From positions 119,290,001-119,354,000 of the forward strand of contig NC_045697.1 of assembly GCF_009834535.1 (NCBI RefSeq): a DNA stretch of 64,000 nt, given 5' to 3'. The translations under genes and the position numbers were made by a program. Shown here piece after piece: positions 52,621 to 64,000 of this stretch. Every line of letters starts with the position of its first letter. Position 1 is the first letter of the stretch. The DNA comes from Camelus ferus. Lineage: Eukaryota. The notes below the pieces were generated by a model that searched no databases, was not told the DNA's origin, and saw only the letters and a list, made by a program, of their open reading frames with translations.

Positions 52621-55600
52621 ATGAACGTCTCTCCACATGCTCAGTTCTGAGAGATAAGTGTGTGTGAAAGCTGTCCTTCACCTAGCTTGTTGGGAACACA
52701 AATTTTCTTTTCAGGTGCAAATTCCACTCCATCCATATATATGGTGAGGTACAAGCTCCAACTCGCTTTTACAGTGAAAACTGCAGGAACTTCAAACCGG
52801 CACTAGGAAACAGACTGAAAACCAGAGTAAAAGATTCTCCTGCAACCGGTTCAATTTGTGCTAGATGAACGAACGTCTCTACACATGCTCAGTTCTGAGA
52901 GATAAGTGTGTGTGAAAGCCCTACTTCAACATGATTGTTGGGAACACAAAGTTTCTTTTCAGTAGCAAACTCCACTCCATATATATATATGGGGAGGTAC
53001 TATCTCCATCTCTGTTTTATAGTGAATACTGCATGAACCTCAAAACGGCACTAGGAAACAGACTAAGAAACCAGAATAAAATTTCTCCTGCTACCCGTTC
53101 CCTTTTTACTAGATGAACGAACGACACTCCACATGCTAGATTCTGAGAGATAAGTGTGTGTGAAAGCCGTCCTTCACCTAGCTTGTTGGGAACACAAAGA
53201 TTCTTTTCAGATCCAAACTCCACTATTTAAATATATATAGGGAGATACTAGCTCCAACACTTTTTTAAAGTGAAAACTTCAGGATCTTCAAACCGGCTGT
53301 AGGAAACAGACTGAGAAACCAGATTAAAATTTCTCCTGCAACCCGTTCCCTTTTTGCTAGATAAAAGAACGACACTTCACATGCTAGTTTCTGAGAGATA
53401 AGTGTGTTTGAAAGCCGTCCTTCACCTAGCTTGTTTGGAACACAAAGTTTCTTTTCAGTTGCAAAATCCACTCCATACATATATATGGTGAGATACTAGC
53501 TCCAACTCAGTTTTACAGTGAAAACTGCAGGAACTTCAAACCGGCACTAGGAAACAGACTGAGAATGCAGAGTAAAAGATTATACTGCAACCAGTTCCAA
53601 TTGTGCAAATGAACGAACGTCTCTCCACATGCCCAGTTCTGAGAGATAAGTTTGTGTGTAAGCAGTCTTTTAACTACCTTGTTGGGAACACAAAGTTTCT
53701 TTTAAGTAGCAAACTCAACTACATACTTATATAAGGGGAGGTACAAGCTCCATCTCGGTTTAACAGTGAAAACTCCAGGAACCTCAAATCGGTACTAGGA
53801 ATCAAACTGATATACGAGAGTAAAAGTTTATCCTGCAACCCGTTCCATTTTTTCTAGATTAACGAACGACATTCCACAAGCTAGGTTCTGAGAGATAATT
53901 GTGTGTGAAAGCCGTCCTTCAACTAGTTTGTTGGGAACACAAATTTTCTTTTCATGTGCAAAATACACTCCTTACATACATATGGGGAGGTACTAGCTCC
54001 AACTCGGTTTTACACTGAAAACTGCAGGAATTTCAAACCGGCACTAGGAAACAGACTGAGAAACCAGAGTAAAAGTTTATACTGCAACCCGTTCATATTG
54101 TGCTTGATGAACGAACGTCTCTCCACATGCTCAGTTCTGAATGATAAGTGTGTGTGAAAGACGTCCTTCAAATAGCTTGTTGGGAACACAAAGTTCCTTT
54201 TCAGATGCAAACTCCACTCCATATATATATATGGGGTTTTATTAGCCCCAACCCGATTTTACAGTGAAAACTGCAGAAACTTCAAACCGACACTACGAAA
54301 CAGACTTATAAACCACAGTAAAAGTTTCTCCTGCAACCCGTTCCATTTGTGCTAGATGAACGAACGTCTCTCCACATGCTCAGTTCTGAGAGATAAGTGT
54401 GTGTGTAAGCAGTCCTTTACCTAGCTTGTTGGGAACACTAAGTTTCTTTTGAGTAGCAAACTCCACTCCATACATATATAAGGAGAGGTACTGGCTCCAT
54501 CTCGGTTTTACAGTGAAAACTGCAGGAACCTCTAATCGGCACTAGGAAAAAGCTTGAGAAACCAGAGTAAAATTTCTCCTGCAACCAGTTCCCTTTTTTT
54601 GCTAGAAGAACGAACGACACTCCACATGCTTGGTTCTGAGAGATAAGTCTGTGTGAAACCCGTACATCACCTAGCTTGTTGGCAACACAAAGATTCTTTT
54701 CAGTTTCTAACTCCACTCCATATATTTATATGGGGAGGTACTACCTCCAACTCTGTTTTACAGTGAAAACTGCAGGAAATTCAAACCAGCACTAGGAAAC
54801 ATACTGAGAAAACCGAGTAAATCTATCTCCTGCAACCCCTTCCATTTGTGCTAGATGAACGAACGTAACTCCACAATCTCAGTTGTGAGAGATAAGTGTG
54901 AGTGAAAGCCGTCCTTCACCTAGTTTGTTTGGAACACAAAGATTCTTTTCAGTTTCAAACTCCACTCCATACACATATATTGGGAGGTACTAGTTCCTAC
55001 TCCGTTTTACAGTGAAAACTGCAGGAAATTCATAACGGCACTAGGAAATAGACTGAGAAACCAGAGTAAAGTTTCTCCTGCAAGCCGTTCTTTTTGTGCT
55101 AGATGAATGAAAGTCTCTCCAATTGCTCATATCTGAGAGATAATTGAGTGTGAATGCCGTCCTTTAATTAGCTTGTTGGGAACACAATGTTTCTTCCAGG
55201 TGCATACTCCACTCCATACATATATAATGGGAGGTACTTGCTCCAACTCGGTTTTAGAGAGAAAACTGCAGGAACTTCAAACCGGCACTAGGAAACGGAA
55301 TGAGAAACAAGAGTAAAATTTCAATGCAACACGTTCCCTTTGTGCTTGATGAACGAACGTCTCTCCACATGCTCAGTTCTGAGAGATAAGTGTGTGTGAA
55401 AGAGTCCTTCACCTAGCTTGTGGGGAACACAAAGTTTCTTTACATTTCTAAACAACACTCCATACATATATAAAGGGAGGTAGTAGCACCGACTCGGGTT
55501 TTACAGTGAAAACTGCAGGAACTTCAAACTGTCACTAGGAAACAGACTGAGAAATCAGATTAAATTTTCTCCTGCAAACCTTTTTTTTGTGCTAAATGAA

Positions 55601-55739
55601 CGAACGTCTCTCCACATGCCCAATTCTGAGAGATAATTGTGTTTGAATGCCGTACATCACATAACTTGTTGGGAACACAAAGTTTCTTTTCAGTTTCAAA
55701 CTACACTCCATAAAATTATAAGGGGTGGAACTAACTCCA

Positions 55740-58700
55740 ACTCGGTTTTATAGTGAAAACTGCAGGAACTTCAAACCGGCACAAGGAAACAGAATGAGAA
55801 ACCAGAGAAAAAGTTTCTACTGCAAGCTGTTCCCATTTTGCTAGATGAATGAATGTCTCTCCCCATGCTCAGTTCTGAGAGATAAGTGTGTGTGAAAGCA
55901 ATCCTTCACCTAGCTTGTTGGGAACACAATGTTTCTTTCAGTTCCAAACTCCACTCCATACATATATAAGGGGAGGTAATAGCTCCAACTCGGTTTTAAG
56001 TGAAAACTGCAGGAAATTCAATCCGGCACTAGGAAACAGGCTGAGAAACCAGAGTTAAATTTTCTCCTGCATCACGTTCCCTTGGTGCTAGATGTATGAA
56101 CGTCTCTCCACATGCACAGTTCTGAGAGATACGTGTGTGTGAAAGCCGTCCTTCACCTAGCTTTTTGGGAACACATTGGTACTTTCAGTTCAAAACCCCA
56201 ATCCATACATATATAAGGGGAGGAAATAGCTCCAACTCGGTTTTACAGTGAAAACTGCAGGAACTTCAAACCGGCACTAGGAAACAGACTGAGAAATCAG
56301 AGTTTAATTTTCCCCTGCAACCAGTTCCCTTTGTGCTAGATGAACGAAAGTCTCTCCACATTCTCAGTTCTGAGAGATAAGTGTGTGTGAAAGCCGTCAT
56401 TCACATAGCTTGTTGGGAACACAAAGATTCATTTCAGTTTAAAAATCCACTCCATATATTTATATGGGTTGGTACAAACTCCAACTCGGTTTTACAGTGA
56501 AAACTGCAGGAACTTCAAACCGGCACTAGGAAACAGACTGAGAAACCAGAGTAATAGTTTCTCCTGCAAACCATTCCCTTTGTGCTAGATGAACGAAAGT
56601 CTCACCACATGCTCACTTCTGAGAGATAAGTGAGAGTTAAAGCCGTCATTCAAATAGCTTGTTGGGAACACAAAATTTCTTTTTAGTTGCAAACTCCACA
56701 CCATACATATATATGGGGAGGTACTAGATCCAACTCTGTTTTAAAGTGAGAACTGCAAGAACTTCAACCGGCACTAGGAAACAGACTGAGAAACCACAGG
56801 ACATCTTTCTCATGCAACCCATTCCATTTGTGCTAATTGAACGAAAGTCTCTCCTCATGCTCAGTTCGGAGAGATAAGTGTGTGTGAAAGCCGTCCTTTA
56901 CCTTGCTTGTTGTTAACACAAAGTTTCTTATCAGTAGCAAACTCCACTCCATACTTATATATATGGGGAGGTACTAGCTCCATCTCGATTTTACAGTGAA
57001 AACTGCAGGAACCTAAAATCGGCACTAGGAAACAGACTGAGAAACCAGAGTAAAGTTTCTCTTGCAACCCGTTCTTTTATGCTCGATGAACGAAGGACAC
57101 TCCACATGCTAGATTCTGAGAGATAAGTGTGTGTGAAAGCCGTCCTTCAACTAGCTTGTTGGGAACACAAAGTTTCTTTTAAGGTGCAAATTCCACTCCA
57201 TACATATATATTGGGAGTTACTAGATCCAACTCGGTTTTACAGTGAAAAATGCAGGAACTTCAAACCGGCACTAGGAAACAGATTGTGGAAACAGAGTTA
57301 AAGTTTCTACTTCAACACTTTCCATTTGTGCTAGATGAACAAACTTCTCCCCACAAGCTAAGTTCTGAGAGATAAGTGTGTGTGAAAGCCGTACTTCAAA
57401 TATCTTGTTGGGTACACAAAGTTTCTTTTCAGTTTCAAACTCCATTCCATATATTTATATGGGGTGGTACTATCTCCAACTCGATTTTACAGTGAAAACT
57501 GCAGGAACTTCAAATGGTCACTAGGAAACCATCTGAGAAAACAGAGTAAAAGTTTCTCCTGCCAACCGTTCCTTTTGTGCTTGATGAACGAAAGTCTCTC
57601 CACATGCTCAGTTCTGAGAGATTAGTGTGTGTGAAAGAGCCCTTCACGTAGCTTATGGGGAACACAAAGTTTCTTTTCATTTGTAAACTCCACTCCGTAC
57701 ATATATAAAGTGAGGTACTAGCACCGATTCGGGTTTTACAGTGAAAACTGCAGGAATTTCAAACCGTCACTAGGAAACAGACTGAGAAATCAGATTAAAT
57801 TTTCTCCTGCAAACCGTTTCTTTGGTGCTAGATGAACGAACGTCTCTCCACATGCCCAGTTCTGAGAGATAATTGTGTGTGAATGCCGTACTTCACATAA
57901 CTTGTTTGGAACACAAAGTTTCTTTTCAGTTTCAAACTACACTCCATATATTTAAAAGGGGTGGTACAAACTCCAACTCGGTTTTACAGTGAAAACTGCA
58001 GGAACTTCAAACCGGCAGTAGGAAACAGACTGAGAAACCAGAGTAACAGTTTCTCCTGCAAACCGTTCACTTTGTGCTAGATGAACGAACGTCTCACCAC
58101 ATGCTCACTTCTGAGAGATAAGTGAGAGTTAAAGCCGTCATTCAACTAGCTTGTTGGGAACACAAAATTTCTTTTTAGTTGCAAACTCCACACCATATAT
58201 ATATATGGGGAAGTACTAGATCCAACTCTTTTTTAAAGTGAGAACTGCAAGAACTTCAAACAGGCACTAGGAAACAGACTGAGAAAAGAGATTAAATTTT
58301 TCCCCTGCAACCCATTCCCTTGGTGCTAAATAAACGAAAGTCTCTCCACATGCTCATTTCTGAGAGATAAGTGTGTGTTAAAGCCATCCTTCACCTTGAT
58401 TGTTGGGAACACAGAGTTTCTATTCAGCTGCAAACTCCACTCCATACATATATATGGGTAGGTACTAGCTCAAACTCGGTTTTACAGTGAAAAATGCAGG
58501 GACTACAAACCAGCACTAGGAAACAGACTGAGAATCCAGAGTAAAAGTTCCTCCTGCATCCAGTTCCATTTGTGCCAGATGAACGATCGTCTCTCCACAT
58601 GCTCAGTTCTGAGGGATAAGTGTGTGTGAAAGCCGTCCTTCTCCTAAATTGTTGGGAAAACAATATTTCTTTCAGTTCGAAACCCCACTCCATACATATA

Positions 58701-61700
58701 AATGGGCAGGTACTAGCTCCAAATCTGTTTTACAGTGAAAACTGCTGGAACTTCAAACTGGCACTTGGAAACAGACTGAGAAAACTGAGTTAAAGTTTCT
58801 CCTGCAACCCGTTCCCTATGTGCTAGATGAACGAAAGTCTCTACACATGCTCAGTTCTGAGAGTTAATTGTGTTTGAAAGCAGTCATTCACCTAGCTTGA
58901 TGGGAACACAAACTTTCTTTTAAGTTGCCAACTCAACTCCATACATATATATGGGGAGGTACTAGCCCCAACTCTGTTTTAAGGTGAAAACTGCAGGAAT
59001 TTCAAACCGGAACCAGGAAATAGACTGAGAAAACACAGTAAGAGTTTCCCCTGCAACCCGTTCCCTTTGTGCTAGCTGAAAAAATTCTCTCCACATGCTC
59101 AGTTCTGAGAGAAAAGTGTGTGTTAAAGCAGTACTTTACCTAGCTTGTTGGTAACCCAAAGTTTCTATTCAGTAGCAAACTCCACTCCATACTTATATAT
59201 GGGGATGTACTAGCTCCATCTCGGTTTTACAGTGAAAACTGCAGGAACCTCAAATCGGCACTAGGAAACAGACTGAGAAACCAGAGTAAAATTTCTCCTG
59301 CAACCCGTTCTGTTTTGCTAGATGAACGAACGACACTCCACATGCTAGATTCTGAGAGATATGTGTGTGTGAAAGCCGTCCTTCAACTAGCTTGTTGGGA
59401 ACACAAAGTTTCTTTTAAGGTGCAAATTCCACTCCATACATATATATGGGGAGGTACTAGATCCAACTCGGTTTTACAGTGAAAACTGCAGGAACTTCAA
59501 ACCGGCACAAGGAAACAGACTGAGAAACCAGAGAAAAAGTTTCTACTGCAAGCTGTTCCCATTTTGCTAGATGAATGAATGTCTCTCCCCATGCTCAGTT
59601 CTGAGAGATAAGTGTGTGTGAAAGCAATCCTTCACCTAGCTTGTTGGGAACACAATGGTTCTTTCAGTTCCAAACTCCACTCCATACATATATAAGGGGA
59701 GGTAATAGCTCCAACTCGGTTTTAAGTGAAAACTGCAGGAATTCAATCCGGCACTAGGAAACATGCTGAGAAACCAGAGTTAAATTTTCTCCTGCAACAC
59801 GTTCCCTTGGTGCTAGATGAATGAACGTCTCTCCACATGCACAGTTCTGAGAGATACGTGTGTGTGAAAGCCGTCCTTCACCTAGCTTTTTGGGAACACA
59901 TTGGTACTTTCAGTTCAAAACCCCAATCCATACATATATAAGGGGAGGAAATAGCTCCAACTCGGTTTTACAGTGAAAACTGCAGGAACTTCAAACCGGC
60001 ACTAGGAAACAGACTGAGAAATCAGAGTTTAATTTTCCCCTGCAACCAGTTCCCTTTGTGCTAGATGAACGAAAGTCTCTCCACATTCTCAGTTCTGAGA
60101 GATAAGTGTGTGTGAAAGCCGTCATTCACATAGCTTGTTGGGAACACAAAGATTCATTTCAGTTTAAAACTCCACCCCATATATTTATATGGGTTGGTAC
60201 AAACTCCAACTCGGTTTTACAGTGAAAACTGCAGGAACTTCAAACCGGCACTAGGAAACAGACTGAGAAACCAGAGTAATAGTTTCTCCTGCAAACCATT
60301 CCCTTTGTGCTAGATGAACGAACGTCTCACCACATGCTAACTTCTGAGAGAAAAGTGAGAGTTAAAGCCGTCATTCAACTAGCTTGTTGGGAACACAAAA
60401 TTTCTTTTTAGTTGCAAACTCCACACCATACATATATATTGGGAGTTACTAGATCCAACTCGGTTTTACAGTGAAAAATGCAGGAACTTCAAACCGGCAC
60501 TAGGAAACAGATTGTGGAAACAGAGTTAAAGTTTCTACTTCAACACTTTCCATTTGTGCTAGATGAACGAACTTCTCCCCACAAGCTAAGTTCTGAGAGA
60601 TAAGTGTGTGTGAAAGCCGTACTTCAAATATCTTGTTGGGTACACAAAGTTTCTTTTCAGTTTCAAACTCCATTCCATATATTTATATGGGGTGGTACTA
60701 TCTCCAACTCGGTTTTACAGTGAAAACTGCAGGAACTTCAAACGGTCACTAGGAAACCGTCTGAGAAATGAGAGTAAAATTTTCTCCTGCCAACCGTTCC
60801 TTTTGTGCTTGATGAACGAAAGTCTCTCCACATGCTCAGTTCTGAGAGATTAGTGTGTGTGAAAGAGCCCTTCACGTAGCTTATGGGGAACACAAAGTTT
60901 CTTTTCATTTGTAAACTCCACTCCGTACATATATAAAGTGAGGTACTAGCACCGATTCGGGTTTTACAGTGAAAACTGCAGGAATTTCAAACCGTCACTA
61001 GGAAACAGACTGAGAAATCAGATTAAATTTTCTCCTGCAAACCGTTTCTTTGGTGCTAGATGAACGAACGTCTCTCCACATGCCAAGTTCTGAGAGATAA
61101 TTGTGTGTGAATGCCGTACTTCAAATAACTTGTTTGGAACACAAAGTTTCTTTTCAGTTTCAAACTACACTCCATATATTTAAAAGGGGTGGTACAAACT
61201 CCAACTCGGTTTTACAGTGAAAACTGCAGGAACTTCAAACCGGCACTAGGAAACAGACTGAGAAACCTGAGTAACAGTTTCTCCTGCAAACCATTCACTT
61301 TGTGCTAGATGAACGAACGTCTCACCACATGCTCACTTCTGAGAGATAAGTGAGAGTTAAAGCCGTCATTCAACTAGCTTGTTGGGAACACAAAATTTCT
61401 TTTTAGTTGCAAACTCCACACCATACATATATATGGGGAAGTACTAGATCCAACTCTTTTTTAAAGTGAGAACTGCAAGAACTTCAAACCAGCACTAGGA
61501 AACAGACTGAGAAAAGAGATTAAATTTTTCCCCTGCAACCCGTTCCCTTGGTGCTAAATAAACGAAAGTCTCTCCACATGCTCAGTTCTGAGAGATAAGT
61601 GTGTGTTAAAGCCGTCCTTCACCTTGATTGTTGGGAACACAGAGTTTCTATTCAGCTGCAAACTCCACTCCATACATATATATGGGTAGGTACTAGCTCA

Positions 61701-64000
61701 AACTCGGTTTTACAGTGAAAAATGCAGGGACTACAAACCAGCACTAGGAAACAGACTGAGAATCCAGAGTAAAAGTTCCTCCTGCATCCAGTTCCATTTG
61801 TGCCAGATGAACGATCGTCTCTCCACATGCTCAGTTCTGAGGGATAAGTGTGTGTGAAAGCCGTCCTTCTCCTAAATTGTTGGGAAAACAATGTTTCTTT
61901 CAGTTCGAAACCCCACTCCATACATATAAATGGGCAGGTACTAGCTCCAAATCTGTTTTACAGTGAAAACTGCAGGAACTTCAAACTGGCACTTGGAAAC
62001 AGACTGAGAAAACTGAGTTAAAGTTTCTCCTGCAACCCGTTCCCTATGTGCTAGATGAACGAAAGTCTCTACACATGCTCAGTTCTGAGAGTTAATTGTG
62101 TTTGAAAGCAGTCATTCACCTAGCTTGATGGGAACACAAACTTTCTTTTAAGTTGCCAACTCAACTCCATACATATATATGGGGAGGTAGTAGCCCCAAC
62201 TCTGTTTTAAGGTGAAAACTGCAGGAATTACAAACCGGAACCAGGAAATAGACTGAGAAAACACAGTAAGAGTTTCCCCTGCAACCCGTTCCCTTTGTGC
62301 TAGCTGAAAAAATTCTCTCCACATGCTCAGTTCTGAGAGAAAAGTGTGTGTTAAAGCAGTACTTTACCTAGCTTGTTGGTAACCCAAAGTATCTATTCAG
62401 TAGCAAACTCCACTCCATACTTATATATGGGGATGTACTAGCTCCATCTCGGTTTTACAGTGAAAACTGCAGGAACCTCAATTCGGCACTAGGAAACAGA
62501 CTGAGAAACCAGAGTAAAATTTCTCCTGCAACCCGTTCTGTTTTGCTAGATGAACGAACGACACTCCACATGCTAGATTCTGAGAGATATGTGTGTGTGA
62601 AAGCCGTCCTTCAACTAGCTTGTTGGGAACACAAAGTTTCTTTTAAGGTGCAAATTCCACTCCATACATATATATGGGGAGGTACTAGATCCAACTCGGT
62701 TTTACAGTGAAAACTGCAGGAACTTCAAACCGGCACAAGGAAACAGACTGAGAAACCAGAGAAAAAGTTTCTACTGCAAGCTGTTCCCATTTTGCTAGAT
62801 GAATGAATGTCTCTCCCCATGCTCAGTTCCGAGAGATAAGTGTGTGTGAAAGCAATCCTTCACCTAGCCTGTTGGGAACACAATGGTTCCTTCAGTTCCA
62901 AACTCCACTCCATACATATATAAGGGGAGGTAATAGCTCCAACTCGGTTTTAAGTGAAAACTGCAGGAATTCAATCCGGCACTAGGAAACATGCTGAGAA
63001 ACCAGAGTTAAATTTTCTCCTGCAACACGTTCCCTTGGTGCTAGATGAATGAACGTCTCTCCACATGCACAGTTCTGAGAGATACGTGTGTGTGAAAGCC
63101 GTCCTTCACCTAGCTTTTTGGGAACACATTGGTACTTTCAGTTCAAAACACCAATCCATACATATATAAGGGGAGGAAATAGCTCCAACTCGGTTTTACA
63201 GTGAAAACTGCAGGAACTTCAAACCGGCACTAGGAAACAGACTGAGAAATCAGAGTTTAATTTTCCCCTGCAACCAGTTCCCTTTGTGCTAGATGAACGA
63301 AAGTCTCTCCACATTCTCAGTTCTGAGAGATAAGTGTGTGTGAAAGCCGTCATTCACATAGCTTGTTGGGAACACAAAGATTCATTTCAGTTGAAAACTC
63401 CACTCCATATATTTATATGGGTTGGTACAAACTCCAACTCGGTTTTACAGTGAAAACTGCAGGAACTTCAAACCGGCACTAGGAAACAGACTGAGAAACC
63501 AGAGTAATAGTTTCTCCTGCAAACCATTCCCTTTGTGCTAGATGAACGAACGTCTCACCACATGCTCACTTCTGAGAGATAAGTGAGAGTTAAAGCCGTC
63601 ATTCAACTAGCTTGTTGGGAACACAAAATTTCTTTTTAGTTGCAAACTCCACACCATACATATATATGGGGAGGTACTAGATCCAACTCTGTTTTAAAGT
63701 GAGAACTGCAAGAACTTCAACCGGCACTAGGAAACAGACTGAGAAACCACAGGACATCTTTCTCATGCAACCCATTCCATTTGTGCTAATTGAACGAAAG
63801 TCTCTCCTCATGCTCAGTTCTGAGAGATAAGTGTGTGTGAAAGCCGTCCTTTACCTTGCTTGTTGTTAACACAAAGTTTCTTATCAGTAGCAAACTCCAC
63901 TCCATACTTATATATGGGGAGGTACTAGCTCCATCTCGGTTTTACAGTGAAAACTGCAGGAACCTCAAATCGGCACTAGGAAACAGACTGAGAAACCAGA
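55740..64000 (+). repeat. Higher-order repeat: 15-monomer unit (3726 bp), a 13-monomer deletion variant (3228 bp) and a partial third copy
   Basis: acaaggaaac is at 55781, 59507 and 62735. Near-identical ORFs are at 58424/61652 (3228 bp). ccacaggacatc occurs at 56794 and 63747 only. Confidence 0.9.

Larger units (their letters stand above)
47856..64000 (+). repeat. Tandem satellite DNA array, same ~249-bp monomer (about 65 copies), right of the gap
   Basis: Same motifs, period and orientation as left of the gap. The array runs off the end of the window. Confidence 0.99.

Noticed and set aside
240..62985. All ORFs in the supplied track (60-120 aa)
   Set aside because: Each spans about one monomer and they occur in several frames on both strands. 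They are broken by stops and frameshifts in paralogous copies, and none resembles a protein family I recognise. One (47715-47924) runs through the N gap.
1..64000. CRISPR array or repeat-spacer/cassette system
   Set aside because: The whole 249 bp is homologous between units. There are no unique spacers and no cas, integrase or other genes.
1..64000. Tandem RNA gene array (5S rRNA, tRNA, snRNA) or SINE/LTR array
   Set aside because: No recognisable 5S or tRNA sequence, poly(A) tail or target-site duplication. Substitutions are spread across the whole unit with no invariant gene-sized core.
1..64000. Assignment to primate alpha satellite or another named family or species
   Set aside because: The period is ~249 bp rather than 171 bp, and resemblance is limited to a few short words. 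I cannot name the family without a database search.
1..64000. Inversion or transposon insertion in the array
   Set aside because: I saw no reverse-orientation monomer and no foreign sequence on reading through, although the gap could hide one.

Overview
The whole window is one head-to-tail tandem satellite array of a ~249-bp monomer, about 257 copies, all on the same strand. It is interrupted only by a 100-N assembly gap (47756-47855). By-eye consensus (~45% GC): ctcggttttacagtgaaaactgcaggaacttcaaaccggcactaggaaacagactgagaaaccagagtaaaagtttctcctgcaacccgttccctttgtgctagatgaacgaacgtctctccacatgctcagttctgagagataagtgtgtgtgaaagccgtccttcacctagcttgttgggaacacaaagtttcttttcaggtgcaaactccactccatacatatatatggggaggtactagctccaa. 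I see no protein-coding gene, RNA gene, CRISPR array or transposon, and every listed ORF is a chance read-through of the monomer. The interesting content is the layered higher-order repeat (HOR) architecture. Adjacent monomers differ at many sites, while blocks of 14, 27/25, 18, 17/18 and 15/13 monomers recur almost identically. These blocks fall into three domains, overlie an older ~6-8-monomer skeleton, and were reshaped by exact whole-monomer duplications and deletions. This resembles eukaryotic (peri)centromeric satellite, but I cannot name the family or species, and centromere function cannot be shown from sequence. Block boundaries were mapped by eye from diagnostic variants and are approximate (tens of bp). 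Some repeats could be assembly artefacts.
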